Part shown: positions 1 through 9,995 of the stretch, in pieces
How positions within the stretch are numbered: the stretch's first letter is position 1
Layout: each line of letters begins with the position of its first letter
Source of the DNA: Candidatus Bathyarchaeota archaeon
GTDB lineage: Archaea; Thermoproteota; Bathyarchaeia; 40CM-2-53-6
Direction of reading: 5' to 3'
Assembly (NCBI GenBank): GCA_963706285.1
Contig: CAVPLU010000004.1
Coordinates: 414,654-478,653 of the forward strand
Length of the DNA stretch: 64,000 nt
Translations under genes and position numbers: made by a program
Notes under the pieces: generated by a model
What the model was told of the DNA's origin: nothing
Databases searched by the model: none
The model's input: only the letters and a program-made list of their open reading frames with translations

Positions 1-643
1 CTTCATAATGAGAGACGCTCCGGACACTGAAGTTGACACTAAGATGTCGGAGCACATTCTCATTCTGCATAGAGTGGGGGCACCACCTCAAGAGGTACCG
101 CTGACCCCGCAAATGTTCAGAAAATACGTCAGCTACGCTCGAGGAATATTTCCCGCCCTTACCGAGGAGGCCTCGAATGCTCTCAGAGATTTCTACCTTA
201 GAATGCGTTCGACATCAACCACCGCGGACTCGCCGATCGCCATCACTCCACGTCAGTTGGAAGCATTGGTCAGGTTGTCGGAATGTCGAGCTCGCTCATT
301 TCTGAGAGACAAGGTCACAGTGGAGGACACGGATGCAATTATCAGACTCATGACGATCTCGCTACAACATGTCGGAATCGACACGAGCACAGGTAAGGTC
401 GACATTGATGTGATAATGACTGGGAAACCCAAGAGCCTGCGCGACAGAATGCAGACAATTCTCAGCACAGTAGCTGTCATGGAACGCGAAACTGGAACCG
501 TTCAAGAGTCTAAGCTCTACGAGGAACTGTCGAAGACAGCAGGACTCTCCGAAGGCGAGGCCCAGACCTTAGTCAACCAACTCATCAGAGACGGAATTCT
601 ATACTCGCCTAAGCCCGGTCAGCTGAAGCGCACGGCCGCCTGA
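1..643 (+). CDS. mcm: MCM replicative helicase, C-terminal part (5' end lies outside the window)
   Basis: KYVSYAR, ITPRQLEALVRLSE (sensor 2), TGKVDIDVIMTG and a C-terminal winged helix (GILYSPKPG). Confidence 0.95.
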   Translation, partial: FIMRDAPDTEVDTKMSEHILILHRVGAPPQEVPLTPQMFRKYVSYARGIFPALTEEASNALRDFYLRMRSTSTTADSPIAITPRQLEALVRLSECRARSFLRDKVTVEDTDAIIRLMTISLQHVGIDTSTGKVDIDVIMTGKPKSLRDRMQTILSTVAVMERETGTVQESKLYEELSKTAGLSEGEAQTLVNQLIRDGILYSPKPGQLKRTAA

Positions 644-662
644 AATAGGAAGCCCGTATCAA

Positions 663-2924
663 TTGAGGATCGAAGAGCTACCAATCGCGGATCAGATCAA
701 ACGCGTCCTCACAGAGAAGGGCTATGATGAACTCTACCCGCCACAAGTTGACGCGATAGCCGCAGGCGTTCTGACTGGCAAGAACGTAGTCCTCGCTAGT
801 CCAACAGCTTCGGGAAAAACGCTCGTAGCCGAGTTGGCTATTTTGAAGAAGATCACGGAAGGCAAAGGGAAAGCGCTATACTTGACTCCGCTTCGAGCAC
901 TTGCTAGCGAGAAATACGATGAATTCAAGAAGTACTCAGATCTCAAGAAACCTGACGGCCACAAAGTCAGGATAGCGATATCAAGCGGCGACTACGACGA
1001 GTCCGACGAACGCCTAGGAAACTACGACATAATAATCGCAACAAATGAGAAAGCAGACTCCCTTCTGCGTCACAAAGCGAAATGGATCTTAGATGTTGCG
1101 CTCATCGTTGCCGACGAAGTCCACCTACTCAACGAGGCTAAGAGGGGTCCAACCCTTGAAGTGGTCATAACACGGCTGAGGAAGCTAAACCCCAACATGC
1201 AACTGCTTGCACTCAGCGCCACAGTAAGAAACGCGGCGGAAGTGGCAGACTGGGTCGGAGCCTCAGCAATAACTACCGAGTGGAGGCCGGTCCCACTAAA
1301 AGAGGGCGTACACTGTCAAAACGAGATACATTTCAAGGATGGATCTTCCAAAACGATTCAGTCGATTACAGGTAATCCAATCATGGATATTGCATTGCAG
1401 ACGCTCCATGAAGGCGGCCAAGCACTCCTTTTTGCTGAAACGCGCAGATCGGCCGTGCAGATGGGGAAAAGAGCCGCAGCCATTCTCAGCAAAGTGGTCT
1501 CGCCAGGTGAGAAACGATCTTCCGAGCTTGTAGCTCGCAAGATCAGAACAAGCGGAGAAAAGACAGGGCTCAGCGAAATCTTAGCAGATCAGGTGACCCA
1601 AGGAGCCGGGTTCCATCACGCGGGACTTGATGCCACACATAGGAGAATAGTCGAAGACGCGTTCAGGGAAGGCAAAATCAAGATGCTCGCTGCTACCCCG
1701 ACCCTAGCAGCCGGCGTCAACCTGCCAGCACGCCTTGTCGTTATTACAAGTCATGAGCGATATGAGGCAGGATACGGAAGATACCCAATCTCGGTGCTTG
1801 AGTACAAACAATTCTGCGGCCGCGCGGGGCGGCCCAAGTACGACGAGTATGGGGAAGCCGTGCTCATCGCGCAGACGGAAGAGGAACGAGACGCCCTTCT
1901 TGAGAACTATGTGTTAGCGAAACCAGAGCGACTTTGGTCAAGACTAGGCGTAGAGAAAGTTCTGCGGCCGCACGTTCTATCAACAATTGCGACGGGCTTT
2001 GCCCGTTCCGACGAAGGACTACGGGACTTTTTCTCAAGCACATTCTATGCCTACCAATACGGTCCTCGAGCCATCGCCTCGCGCATGGCGGACATTCTGA
2101 AGTACCTCGCCAAAGAAGAGATGATCACCTACGATGGGCAGGAGCTCGTGGCAACAAGGTTTGGGCGGAGAGTCTCGGAACTCTACATCGACCCGGTCTC
2201 TGCCGTAACGATTAGAGACGGGCTCTACAGAAGAGCAGTGAACCTCACGGACTTCAGCTACCTCCACCTAATCGCTCGGACCCCGGACATTGCTCCTAGA
2301 GTATACCCAAGGCGAGGCGATGACGAGAAGCTTGCATCAATGGCGAGCGAGAGAGCTCAAGAATTCATGTGCGAGATTCCAGACGAACTTCTGGGATCAT
2401 TTGATCCACATTACGAGGATTTCTTGTCAGAGGTCAAGACGGCGGCGGTTCTTCTAGATTGGATTGAAGAGACCTCGGAGGATGAGATACTGAAAAAGCA
2501 CAGAGTCGAGCCAGGTGATCTTATGAGGTTGGTCCAGATCGCCGACTGGCTTCTCTATTCCGCACAAGAGCTTGGAGACCTCTTTGGGCACAAGGACTTG
2601 AGGAAACCGCTTGGACAGCTTAGGCTTAGAGTGGAAAAGGGGACCAAGGCCGACGTAATCCCATTGCTGAGTCTGCAGGGAGTAGGTCGAGCCAGGGCCC
2701 GTGCATTGCACAATGCGGGATTTCAGACCATTGAGGACATCCGGAAAGCATCTCCATCACAGCTTGCCTTGGTTCCGCTGATTGGCACCAAACTCGCAAA
2801 GAAGATCAAAGAGCAAGCGGGTGGCTTGATTAAATCTGAGGAATGGGAAGAAATCAAATCAACCCGTGACGAAACTGAACAGAGCCTACTCACGGAGTAT
2901 TCTAACAATGACCGAGTCGGCTGA
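663..2924 (+). CDS. hel308: Hel308/Hjm Ski2-like SF2 DNA helicase
   Basis: PTASGKT, DEVH, LSAT, HHAGL, TPTLAAGVNLPA, QFCGRAGRP and a C-terminal HhH (GVGRARARAL). Confidence 0.95.
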   Translation: MRIEELPIADQIKRVLTEKGYDELYPPQVDAIAAGVLTGKNVVLASPTASGKTLVAELAILKKITEGKGKALYLTPLRALASEKYDEFKKYSDLKKPDGHKVRIAISSGDYDESDERLGNYDIIIATNEKADSLLRHKAKWILDVALIVADEVHLLNEAKRGPTLEVVITRLRKLNPNMQLLALSATVRNAAEVADWVGASAITTEWRPVPLKEGVHCQNEIHFKDGSSKTIQSITGNPIMDIALQTLHEGGQALLFAETRRSAVQMGKRAAAILSKVVSPGEKRSSELVARKIRTSGEKTGLSEILADQVTQGAGFHHAGLDATHRRIVEDAFREGKIKMLAATPTLAAGVNLPARLVVITSHERYEAGYGRYPISVLEYKQFCGRAGRPKYDEYGEAVLIAQTEEERDALLENYVLAKPERLWSRLGVEKVLRPHVLSTIATGFARSDEGLRDFFSSTFYAYQYGPRAIASRMADILKYLAKEEMITYDGQELVATRFGRRVSELYIDPVSAVTIRDGLYRRAVNLTDFSYLHLIARTPDIAPRVYPRRGDDEKLASMASERAQEFMCEIPDELLGSFDPHYEDFLSEVKTAAVLLDWIEETSEDEILKKHRVEPGDLMRLVQIADWLLYSAQELGDLFGHKDLRKPLGQLRLRVEKGTKADVIPLLSLQGVGRARARALHNAGFQTIEDIRKASPSQLALVPLIGTKLAKKIKEQAGGLIKSEEWEEIKSTRDETEQSLLTEYSNNDRVG

Positions 2925-2981
2925 CCACTACCGGATCTCCTAGAAGACTGGGGAACATTTCCCCGTTCTCACACTCTTATG

Positions 2982-3188
2982 TCAAAGCGCGTCTGTGTAC
3001 TCGGGATTTTCCAGAACTTCATCGCAGCATTCGCTGAAAGTTGTCATGTATGCTGGACCCCAGCTTTCTTCAAGTAGTAAGGTGTGTTGCTGGTGCGGGC
3101 TTGGGCTGGGGTGGGGATGGTTGCAAAGCTTTCTGGTAGACCGTGTGGGAGGTCCTAGTTGAAAGAAGCACCTAGTCTCCGGATTCAC
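2982..3188 (-). CDS. possible small hypothetical protein
   Basis: 68-aa Cys/His-containing ORF filling an intergenic gap, divergent from the next small gene; no recognised family. Confidence 0.3.
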   Translation of the reverse strand: MNPETRCFFQLGPPTRSTRKLCNHPHPSPSPHQQHTLLLEESWGPAYMTTFSECCDEVLENPEYTDAL

Positions 3189-3269
3189 ATTTTGGCCATT
3201 CGGTGGATTTGCAGACGTTAATACACCAAATCATAAATCCAAAATGGTGGAGCATTCTCTGTGTTCGCG

Positions 3270-3464
3270 ATGAAAGAAGTTCGGCTCTGTCCAAGATGCA
3301 AGGAACCTTTGAAGAAGAACGAAGAACGATATGCCATTCCTCGGTTATGGCACTCGCCTCATGACGCCATACTGTCGGGAAAGCAGGTAGAACTTCACAC
3401 TTGTACGAAATGTCATTATGTCGAAATCGTGGAGGTCGAGAACATAACACTCACCGAAGAATAA
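3270..3464 (+). CDS. small zinc-ribbon protein
   Basis: CPRC near the N-terminus and CTKCHYVE near the C-terminus. Confidence 0.7.
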   Translation: MKEVRLCPRCKEPLKKNEERYAIPRLWHSPHDAILSGKQVELHTCTKCHYVEIVEVENITLTEE

Positions 3465-3552
3465 AGGAAAAGGACTACCCGAAAGCCAGAATTCCAAACA
3501 GCAATGATGCAGTGATAGGTCTGCATAGGCAAGGCATAGGTGAACAGGCGAT

Positions 3553-5035
3553 TTGGGTGGAATTGCGGCGGTCTTCTCCAAGTCTCCAATTGATGCACCC
3601 CAGGTTGTCGCAAAGATGCTCTCTGCGATGCAACACCGCGGAAAGGACGCGGCGGCAGTTGCTTGGGGTGACAGTCTCGAATCCACCACTGATCTCCCAG
3701 GCCGCTTAGTAGCATCATCGTCCAAGAGAAGGATAGCAGTTGGGTATTGTTTCACCAAGATACTCCCAAGCGATATCCCTCAGCCGGTCCGAGCAGGTGA
3801 AGCTTGGTTCAGCATGGATGGGAGAATTGTGGCGAATGGACAGCTTGTCGGGGGAAGTCAGGCAGCGCGAATCTTAGAAAGCAGACTTACCCCGACCAGA
3901 TTCTCCTCAATTCGAAGGGACGTAGACGGAGCATATGCCCTCTGCTGTTGCACAGATGAATGGCTGCTTGTCACGCGAGACCAGCTTGGCCTCAAACCAA
4001 TCTACTTCGGCCATCAGGATGACTTGATAGCGGTTGCATCAGACCGTAAGGCGCTTTGGGCCATTGGAATTGCCGATACCAAGATCTTTCCAGTCGGTGG
4101 TTGTTTAGAGGCAACCGAGGTCGGATCAACTGTTGACTCTCCGATCCCTGAGATCGAGGTAGCTAAGAACAACGCCTGACACGAGCGTAGATCATGCTCA
4201 ACTTCTCGGGTTGCTGACTGAGTCGGTCTCAATTCAGACTGCTGGGCTAGGCGCAGTGGCCGTCGGGTTTTCGGGAGGTCTCGATAGCACGGTGCTTGCC
4301 AAGATTGCGAAGAATGCGGGACTGGATTTGCTTCTAGTGACGGTTGGCGTTGGCCGAACGGTCGAGATGAGTCTAGCAGAATCGACAGCTAGAACCTTGG
4401 ATTTGCCCATTGTCGTGAAGGAGTTCTCGAAGAAGGATGTGGCAGAATGTCTTGACCATGTCCTGTGGCTGATAGAAGACCCAAGCCTGATGAAGGTCAG
4501 CATTGCCATGGCGATACGATGGATTGCACAGATTGCTTCGGGAAACGGAAGATCTGTGATCATACTCGGGCAGGGCAGTGACGAGCTCTTCGGTGGGTAC
4601 AAGAGATTCGCTACGATTCTAGGCGAGCGTGGAGAAGCAGCGGCCTCGCAGGCGATCTCGGAGAGTGTTCGAGATGCACATGAAGTGAACTATCAGAGGG
4701 ACGAGCAGGCCGTCTCTGGGCTTCGCGCCGAGCTGAGGCTTCCGTTCGCGACAAGGAAGATTGCAGAGTTTGCCTCCAGAGTGCCTCTCAGCATGAAAGT
4801 CCGTGACCCTTCGGACAATCTTCGGAAATGGATTCTTCGTGATGCCGCAATCAAGCTCGGCATTCCGTCTGAGATCGCACTAAGACCGAAGAAGGCAATA
4901 CAACACGCATCAGGAGTAGAGAAGGCGATTCGTGAGATCGCCAAGCACGACCAACTTTCCCCTTCAGCCTATCTAGAACAGAGATTGCAGACGATGAAGC
5001 GCGATCTTACAGACCGCGAATCCGTACGAACCTAG
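3553..5035 (+). CDS. asparagine synthetase B-like protein (split by frameshift near 4180-4210)
   Basis: N-terminal Ntn domain (MQHRG, RDQLGLKPIY, ASDRKAL) plus synthetase domain (FSGGLDS, GQGSDELFGGY, RPKKAIQ). Confidence 0.85.
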
Positions 5036-5047
5036 CAAGCTATTAGA

Positions 5048-5645
5048 TGAATGACCCAAAGTCTGCTTGATCAAAGCGAATCGCAGGAATCGGGTCTCTT
5101 GTCTGACATAGCTCATCTTCTGCCGAGGTGCCCCAGATGTGGATACGGTCTGCGCATGGTGCGTGGATACTGGTGGTGCGATGTCTGCAGAGCACCTCTC
5201 GCCTCTCAGAAGAGGTCCATCAATTCGCGAAACGCTTCCGGCGAGCTGGAGAGAGCCTCCGACGATTCTTAGCACCGCCCCCCCGGAGACGACCTGTCTT
5301 GAGCTACCCAGCAAGGATCGCTGGCACAACAGAGCGAAGCCCGCCGCTTGCACGATGCCCCACTTGCGGAGCCCTCACGCCAAGAGATGCGCGTCTCATG
5401 CGTTCATTGCGGCGCGGCATTCGGTCGACCGGTAGATGTGCCTCCGCCGCGTCCACCTCCGATCCCAGCGGATCTCACAACACGACGAAGCAGTGTATCG
5501 TTACATTGTCGAGAAGACCGGGAGAAATATCGCTCTCAAAGGCATCTGCGGATCTTCAACATGACCGATCCCTGAACTCCAAGCCTCAATACGAAGACTC
5601 GAAGATTCAGGAAAGATCTCGCGAGACAGCACGCAGAGAAGCTAG
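5048..5645 (+). CDS. two zinc ribbons, Pro-rich linker and C-terminal winged helix (several frameshifts)
   Basis: CPRCG..WWCDVC; CPTCG..CVHCG; PPPRPPP; manually reframed tail DEAVYRYIVEKTGEISLSKASADLNMTIPELQASIRRLEDSGKI, stop at 5643-5645. Confidence 0.65.
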
Positions 5646-5695
5646 TCAAAGCACCAGAGCCGGAGGATCTCCCTATGGAGGATCCGCTCCGTCCT

Positions 5696-8131
5696 TCAGA
5701 TACTACTTCTTCCTTTCGCTTTGGATGTACGTTTCGTCTTTGAAGGTGCTTCGGAGAATCGGGCAAGGGTCTCTGCCATTTCTCTCAGGCGACGGTCAAC
5801 TTTCTCGTTCACCGTGTTAGGTTCGAAGGTTCCGTCCTTTCTTCTTTCGCCCGCTTTCACTCCTGTCAAGATTTCTATGCCTTCGTCGATGGTGCTAGCT
5901 GTGTAAATGTGGAATCGGCCGTCTTTCACGGCTTTGACAACTTCCTCCTTGAGCATTAGGTCTTGGGCGTTGCTTTTCGGTATCATCACGGATTCGTCGC
6001 CCTTGAATCCTATGGCTTTGCAGACTTCGAAGAAGCCTTCGATCTTCTCATTCACTCCACCGATCGCTTGAACTTCTCCTCTCTGGTTGACGGACCCGGT
6101 GACGGCGATGTTTTGCTTGATCGGAATGTCTGCCAAAGAGGACAGTATCGCATAGAGTTCGGCGCTGGAGGCGCTGTCGCCTTCTACTCCTTCGTAGCTC
6201 TGCTCGAAAACGAGTCTTGCAGAGAGGCTTAACGGCTTGTCTTGGGCGTACTTGTTCGCAAGGTAGCCGCCCAGTATGAGTACGCCCTTCGTGTGTATTG
6301 GACCGCCCATTTTTGCTTCGCGTTCTATGTCGAGTACGCCTCCTCTTCCGAGGCCTATGCTCGCGGTGACCCTTGATGGTCTGCCGAATTCAAAGTCCCC
6401 GAGGCCTATGACGGACAGGCCGTTCACTTGACCCGTCTTTGCTCCTGACGTGTCTATGAGAAAGAGCCCTCGCTGAATCATCTCAACGATCTTTTCCTGG
6501 ATGAGGTTGGATCGGTAGACTTTTTCCTCGAGCGCCTTGGTGATATGCTTCGCATTGATGTACTTGGAATGATCTTGGCTGGCATAGTAGTTGGCTTCCC
6601 GTATGAGGTCAGAGACTTCTGCGAAACGCGTTGACAGTTTCCTCTGGTCTTCTGCTAGCCTTGAACCGTGTTCCACGACTTTCGCGATAGCTGAGGCCTC
6701 GAGATGCTTCAGTCCTTCCTTCTCGCAGATGGTGCACACAAACGAGGCGTACCTTCGCAGATTCTCTTTGTTTCTTTCGATTGTGGTGTCGAAGTCGGCT
6801 TTCACCTTGAAGAATTCGCGGTATTCAGGATCATATGCGACTAGTAGTTGGTAGACCTGTGGGTTTCCAACCAAGATGACTTTGACATTGAGCGGTATTG
6901 GTTGGGGAGTGAGAGTCTTCGTGGTGATGAAACCTAGGTGTTCGCCGGGTTCTTCGATGGCTATCTTGTTGTTTCTCAGCGCTCTCTTCAGCCCATCGTA
7001 CGATAGTGGGTTTGTCAGCAGGCTCTCCACTGGAATAACCAGATATCCGCCGTTCGCCCTGTGTATGGACCCGCCTTTTACTAGTGTGAAATCGGTTGAA
7101 AAGCTTCCAAATTGAGCTTCTTTCTCAATTCTCCCAAACAGGTTGAGGTACGTAGCGTTCTCCTCAAAAACGACTGGCGCACCCTTCAGCTTTGAGTTGT
7201 CAACAATGACGTTCGCCTCGTATCTTCTGAAGGGCAGGTCCTTCATCCAGGGAGCCATCAGTTTCTCTTGCGGGCTAGTCGGTTCCTGCGGGCCGGCAAA
7301 GATCTCATAGTTCTCAAGGATGTCGGCTCTGACATCTTTTAGATAACTGATCACGTCGGGGATTTCCTCGTAAGATTTCTGGAGTGTATCCATCAGAAAG
7401 CCCATTGCGTATTGGATTGCGTCATTGCTGAGCTTTCTGAGCGCAGATCTGGTCTCTTTCTCCAGAGCGGCTACCTGTTTCATGGCTTCCTCGAACTTGC
7501 TTTCGAGGCCAGTCCTCTTCTCGTCGAATTCCTTCCTCACGTGGTCGGGCAACGACGCGAGTTCTTCTTCAGCAATCAACTTGCCATTTAGGATTGGTAC
7601 CAAAGTGACGCCGAGATGCGTTGCCTGTATCGAGAAACCGGCTCGTTTCGCCTCATCTCCGAGATCAGACAGTATCTTGTTTCTTCTCTCTTCGGCAGTC
7701 TTGATCAGTGTCTCTCTCTTAGATTGAAATTCGTCGCTTTGGAGGGCTCTCGGAACCGCTCGCTGTGCCTCTTCTATGAAATTGTTAAGATCCTTTTGGA
7801 AAATCCTCGCCCTGCCTGTGGGGAGCCTTATGCAGACTGGTTCGTACGAATTATGGAAATTATTCACATAGCACCAGTCGGGAGGAGTCGGGCGGTCCTT
7901 GGCTATGGCTTCGAGGAAGTTCCTCACGGCCGTCGTCTTGCCGGTGCCTGGCGGGCCTGCCACGTAGAGGTTGAATCCCTTCTCTTCTATTCCTAGCCCC
8001 AGATTCAGGGCTCGAAGAGCACGGTCTTGCCCGATGATACCTTCTAGAGGTGCGAGTTCCCCGCTTGTACGGCACTCTAACGGTTCGCTTTCGGCTCTAA
8101 GTTCTTTTGGTGAGAGTTCAGTGACTACCAA
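5696..8131 (-). CDS. Lon-like protease, LonC type
   Basis: GIIGQDRA, GPPGTGKT, long coiled-coil insert, GQVNGL, catalytic EGDSAS and GGVNEKIEGF; no transmembrane insert. Confidence 0.9.
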   Translation of the reverse strand: MVVTELSPKELRAESEPLECRTSGELAPLEGIIGQDRALRALNLGLGIEEKGFNLYVAGPPGTGKTTAVRNFLEAIAKDRPTPPDWCYVNNFHNSYEPVCIRLPTGRARIFQKDLNNFIEEAQRAVPRALQSDEFQSKRETLIKTAEERRNKILSDLGDEAKRAGFSIQATHLGVTLVPILNGKLIAEEELASLPDHVRKEFDEKRTGLESKFEEAMKQVAALEKETRSALRKLSNDAIQYAMGFLMDTLQKSYEEIPDVISYLKDVRADILENYEIFAGPQEPTSPQEKLMAPWMKDLPFRRYEANVIVDNSKLKGAPVVFEENATYLNLFGRIEKEAQFGSFSTDFTLVKGGSIHRANGGYLVIPVESLLTNPLSYDGLKRALRNNKIAIEEPGEHLGFITTKTLTPQPIPLNVKVILVGNPQVYQLLVAYDPEYREFFKVKADFDTTIERNKENLRRYASFVCTICEKEGLKHLEASAIAKVVEHGSRLAEDQRKLSTRFAEVSDLIREANYYASQDHSKYINAKHITKALEEKVYRSNLIQEKIVEMIQRGLFLIDTSGAKTGQVNGLSVIGLGDFEFGRPSRVTASIGLGRGGVLDIEREAKMGGPIHTKGVLILGGYLANKYAQDKPLSLSARLVFEQSYEGVEGDSASSAELYAILSSLADIPIKQNIAVTGSVNQRGEVQAIGGVNEKIEGFFEVCKAIGFKGDESVMIPKSNAQDLMLKEEVVKAVKDGRFHIYTASTIDEGIEILTGVKAGERRKDGTFEPNTVNEKVDRRLREMAETLARFSEAPSKTKRTSKAKGRSSI

Positions 8132-8413
8132 GGCGCATCGCGATGATGTGTCTGCGCGTTTTCCTATATATGGAACATGCTTTGACAGTGAACACTGACT
8201 TGATTGGACGTTGTTTGAGAAGATGCTCAGCGCGTTCTGATTAGATACTCCGCGATGCCATAGCTCACCTTAGAATCCATCTCATATCGCGCGAGATTCT
8301 CATGCATGAGAGAGCTTCCACCATCTCTATTGGCAAGAGGAACAACCGCTTTCCTAGGTTCCTAGGGTGGTTTCGAAATCTTATCTTGTGCAGGCTGATA
8401 CGACTCTGGGCTA

Positions 8414-9607
8414 GTGGCGACGATGAGTACAGGAAAAGAGAAGAGATTCTCCACGACCGCTGTCAGGGGTGGCGAGAGAGTCGATCCGGAGACTGGAGCA
8501 GTTGTCACGCCCATATACGAGACTTCAGTCTTCGCCTTCACAAGCACGCAACAATTGATCAATGCAGTAAGTGAGAAGACCGACCGTGATGTATACACGA
8601 GATGGAGCAACCCTACGATCACGGCAGCCGAGAAGAAGATAGCCGCTCTGGAGGGTGCCGATGATTGTGCAGTGTTCGCATCGGGTATGGCAGCCATCTC
8701 AACCGCAATTATCAGTCTCGTTTCCCCAGGAGATCATGTGGTATCAGTCCGTGATTTGTACGGCGGAACTGTAGAACTATTCTCGAACTTCATGACTAGG
8801 TTCGGAGTTCAGACGACCTTCGTTGACGCAGCAAACGCCGGCGAGATCGAGTCAGCAGTCAAGCGCAATACGAAGATCATCTTTGTTGAAACTCCGACAA
8901 ATCCAACTCTGAAACTCGTGGATCTTTCCAAGGTGGTGGAGATAGCCAAGAAGAATGGCGCGAAAGTGATCGTCGACAGTACCTTTGGCACTCCGTTCAA
9001 TCAGCAGCCTCTACAGTTCGGCTGCAGTGCGGTAATCCATAGCGCGACAAAGTACCTAGCAGGACACAATGACGTTACAGCGGGAGCAGTAGCAGGATCG
9101 AAGGAACTCATTCAGCCTATGAAGAAGCTTCGCAGAATCTTGGGAGGTGTCCTTGACCCTCACGCAGCCTGGCTGATGCTGAGGGGAATGAAGACTCTAG
9201 CGGTTCGAATGGAGAAACATAACCAGAACGGCCAGAAGATAGCGGAATACCTTCAATCTCACCCAAAGGTAGAGAGAGTGTACTACCCGGGTCTAAGCAC
9301 GCATCCACAGTATTCTCTTGCGAAGAGACAGATGAAGGGGTTCGGAGGAGTGCTGAGTTTTGAAATCAAAGGCGACCTGAATAGTGCAATTCGGTTCGTC
9401 GACAGCCTCAAGCTAGCACTTATCGGGGCGAGTTTGGGTGGACCGGAGACGTTGGTCAGTCAGCCCAGCACAGTATCTCACGCTTTCATGAATCCCGAGG
9501 AAAGGCGGAGAGCAGGAATAGCTGACTCGCTAATCAGACTCTCATTAGGAATAGAGGATGCGGATGACATAATCTCTGATCTAGATCAGGCATTCGAAAG
9601 AGTGTAG
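8414..9607 (+). CDS. PLP-dependent Cys/Met metabolism enzyme (methionine gamma-lyase / cystathionine gamma-synthase family)
   Basis: YTRWSNPT, FASGMAAI, ETPTNP, HSATKYLAGH (PLP Lys), SLGGPETL, RLSLGIE. Confidence 0.92.
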   Translation: MATMSTGKEKRFSTTAVRGGERVDPETGAVVTPIYETSVFAFTSTQQLINAVSEKTDRDVYTRWSNPTITAAEKKIAALEGADDCAVFASGMAAISTAIISLVSPGDHVVSVRDLYGGTVELFSNFMTRFGVQTTFVDAANAGEIESAVKRNTKIIFVETPTNPTLKLVDLSKVVEIAKKNGAKVIVDSTFGTPFNQQPLQFGCSAVIHSATKYLAGHNDVTAGAVAGSKELIQPMKKLRRILGGVLDPHAAWLMLRGMKTLAVRMEKHNQNGQKIAEYLQSHPKVERVYYPGLSTHPQYSLAKRQMKGFGGVLSFEIKGDLNSAIRFVDSLKLALIGASLGGPETLVSQPSTVSHAFMNPEERRRAGIADSLIRLSLGIEDADDIISDLDQAFERV

Positions 9608-9809
9608 ACTGCTCTTCACGTTGGCAAGGCGCTCTACGCCGATCTGTGTGCAATTATGCCCCTTGTCATATTCAAGACTCGCAATTTCGTAAGGTTTCGC
9701 ACGAAGATTGCGCTGTTACTGACGATGTTGAGGTCCGATCCCATCTGTCGCTTGGATCAGTGATCTCTTGCCAAGGAATCAGAGCCAAATCCAAAGGATC
9801 GAATAGTAG

Positions 9810-9928
9810 TGGCGGGCCCGGTGGGATTCGAACCCACGACCTCTGGCTTTCTGCCGAGTCGTCCGCAGGCTTCCGCGAGGAGGCTGTGCCTCCGCTCAAC
9901 GTCATGATCCTGGCTAGACTACGGGCCC
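9810..9928 (-). tRNA. tRNA-Arg(GCG) with encoded CCA and two introns (29/30 at 9871-9896; 37/38 at 9849-9862)
   Basis: Acceptor stem GGGCCCG/CGGGCCC-G-CCA, A20, T-arm GTGGG-TTCGAAT-CCCAC; removing both introns gives anticodon arm TTGGC-CTGCGGA-GCCAG and a 79-nt tRNA. Confidence 0.92.
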
Positions 9929-9995
9929 GTGCAAACCGATATGCGAAATCTACCGCACTTTGGCTGCTGAGGTCTGCTAAGTGATCGCTCTGAGG

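Noticed and set aside
8298-8311. Perfect palindrome TCTCATGCATGAGA between lonC and the PLP enzyme
   Set aside because: Single copy with no supporting context; it could be an operator but may arise by chance.
9810-9928. tRNA as an integration site for a mobile element
   Set aside because: No duplicated tRNA 3' end or integrase was seen, and the flanks are housekeeping genes.
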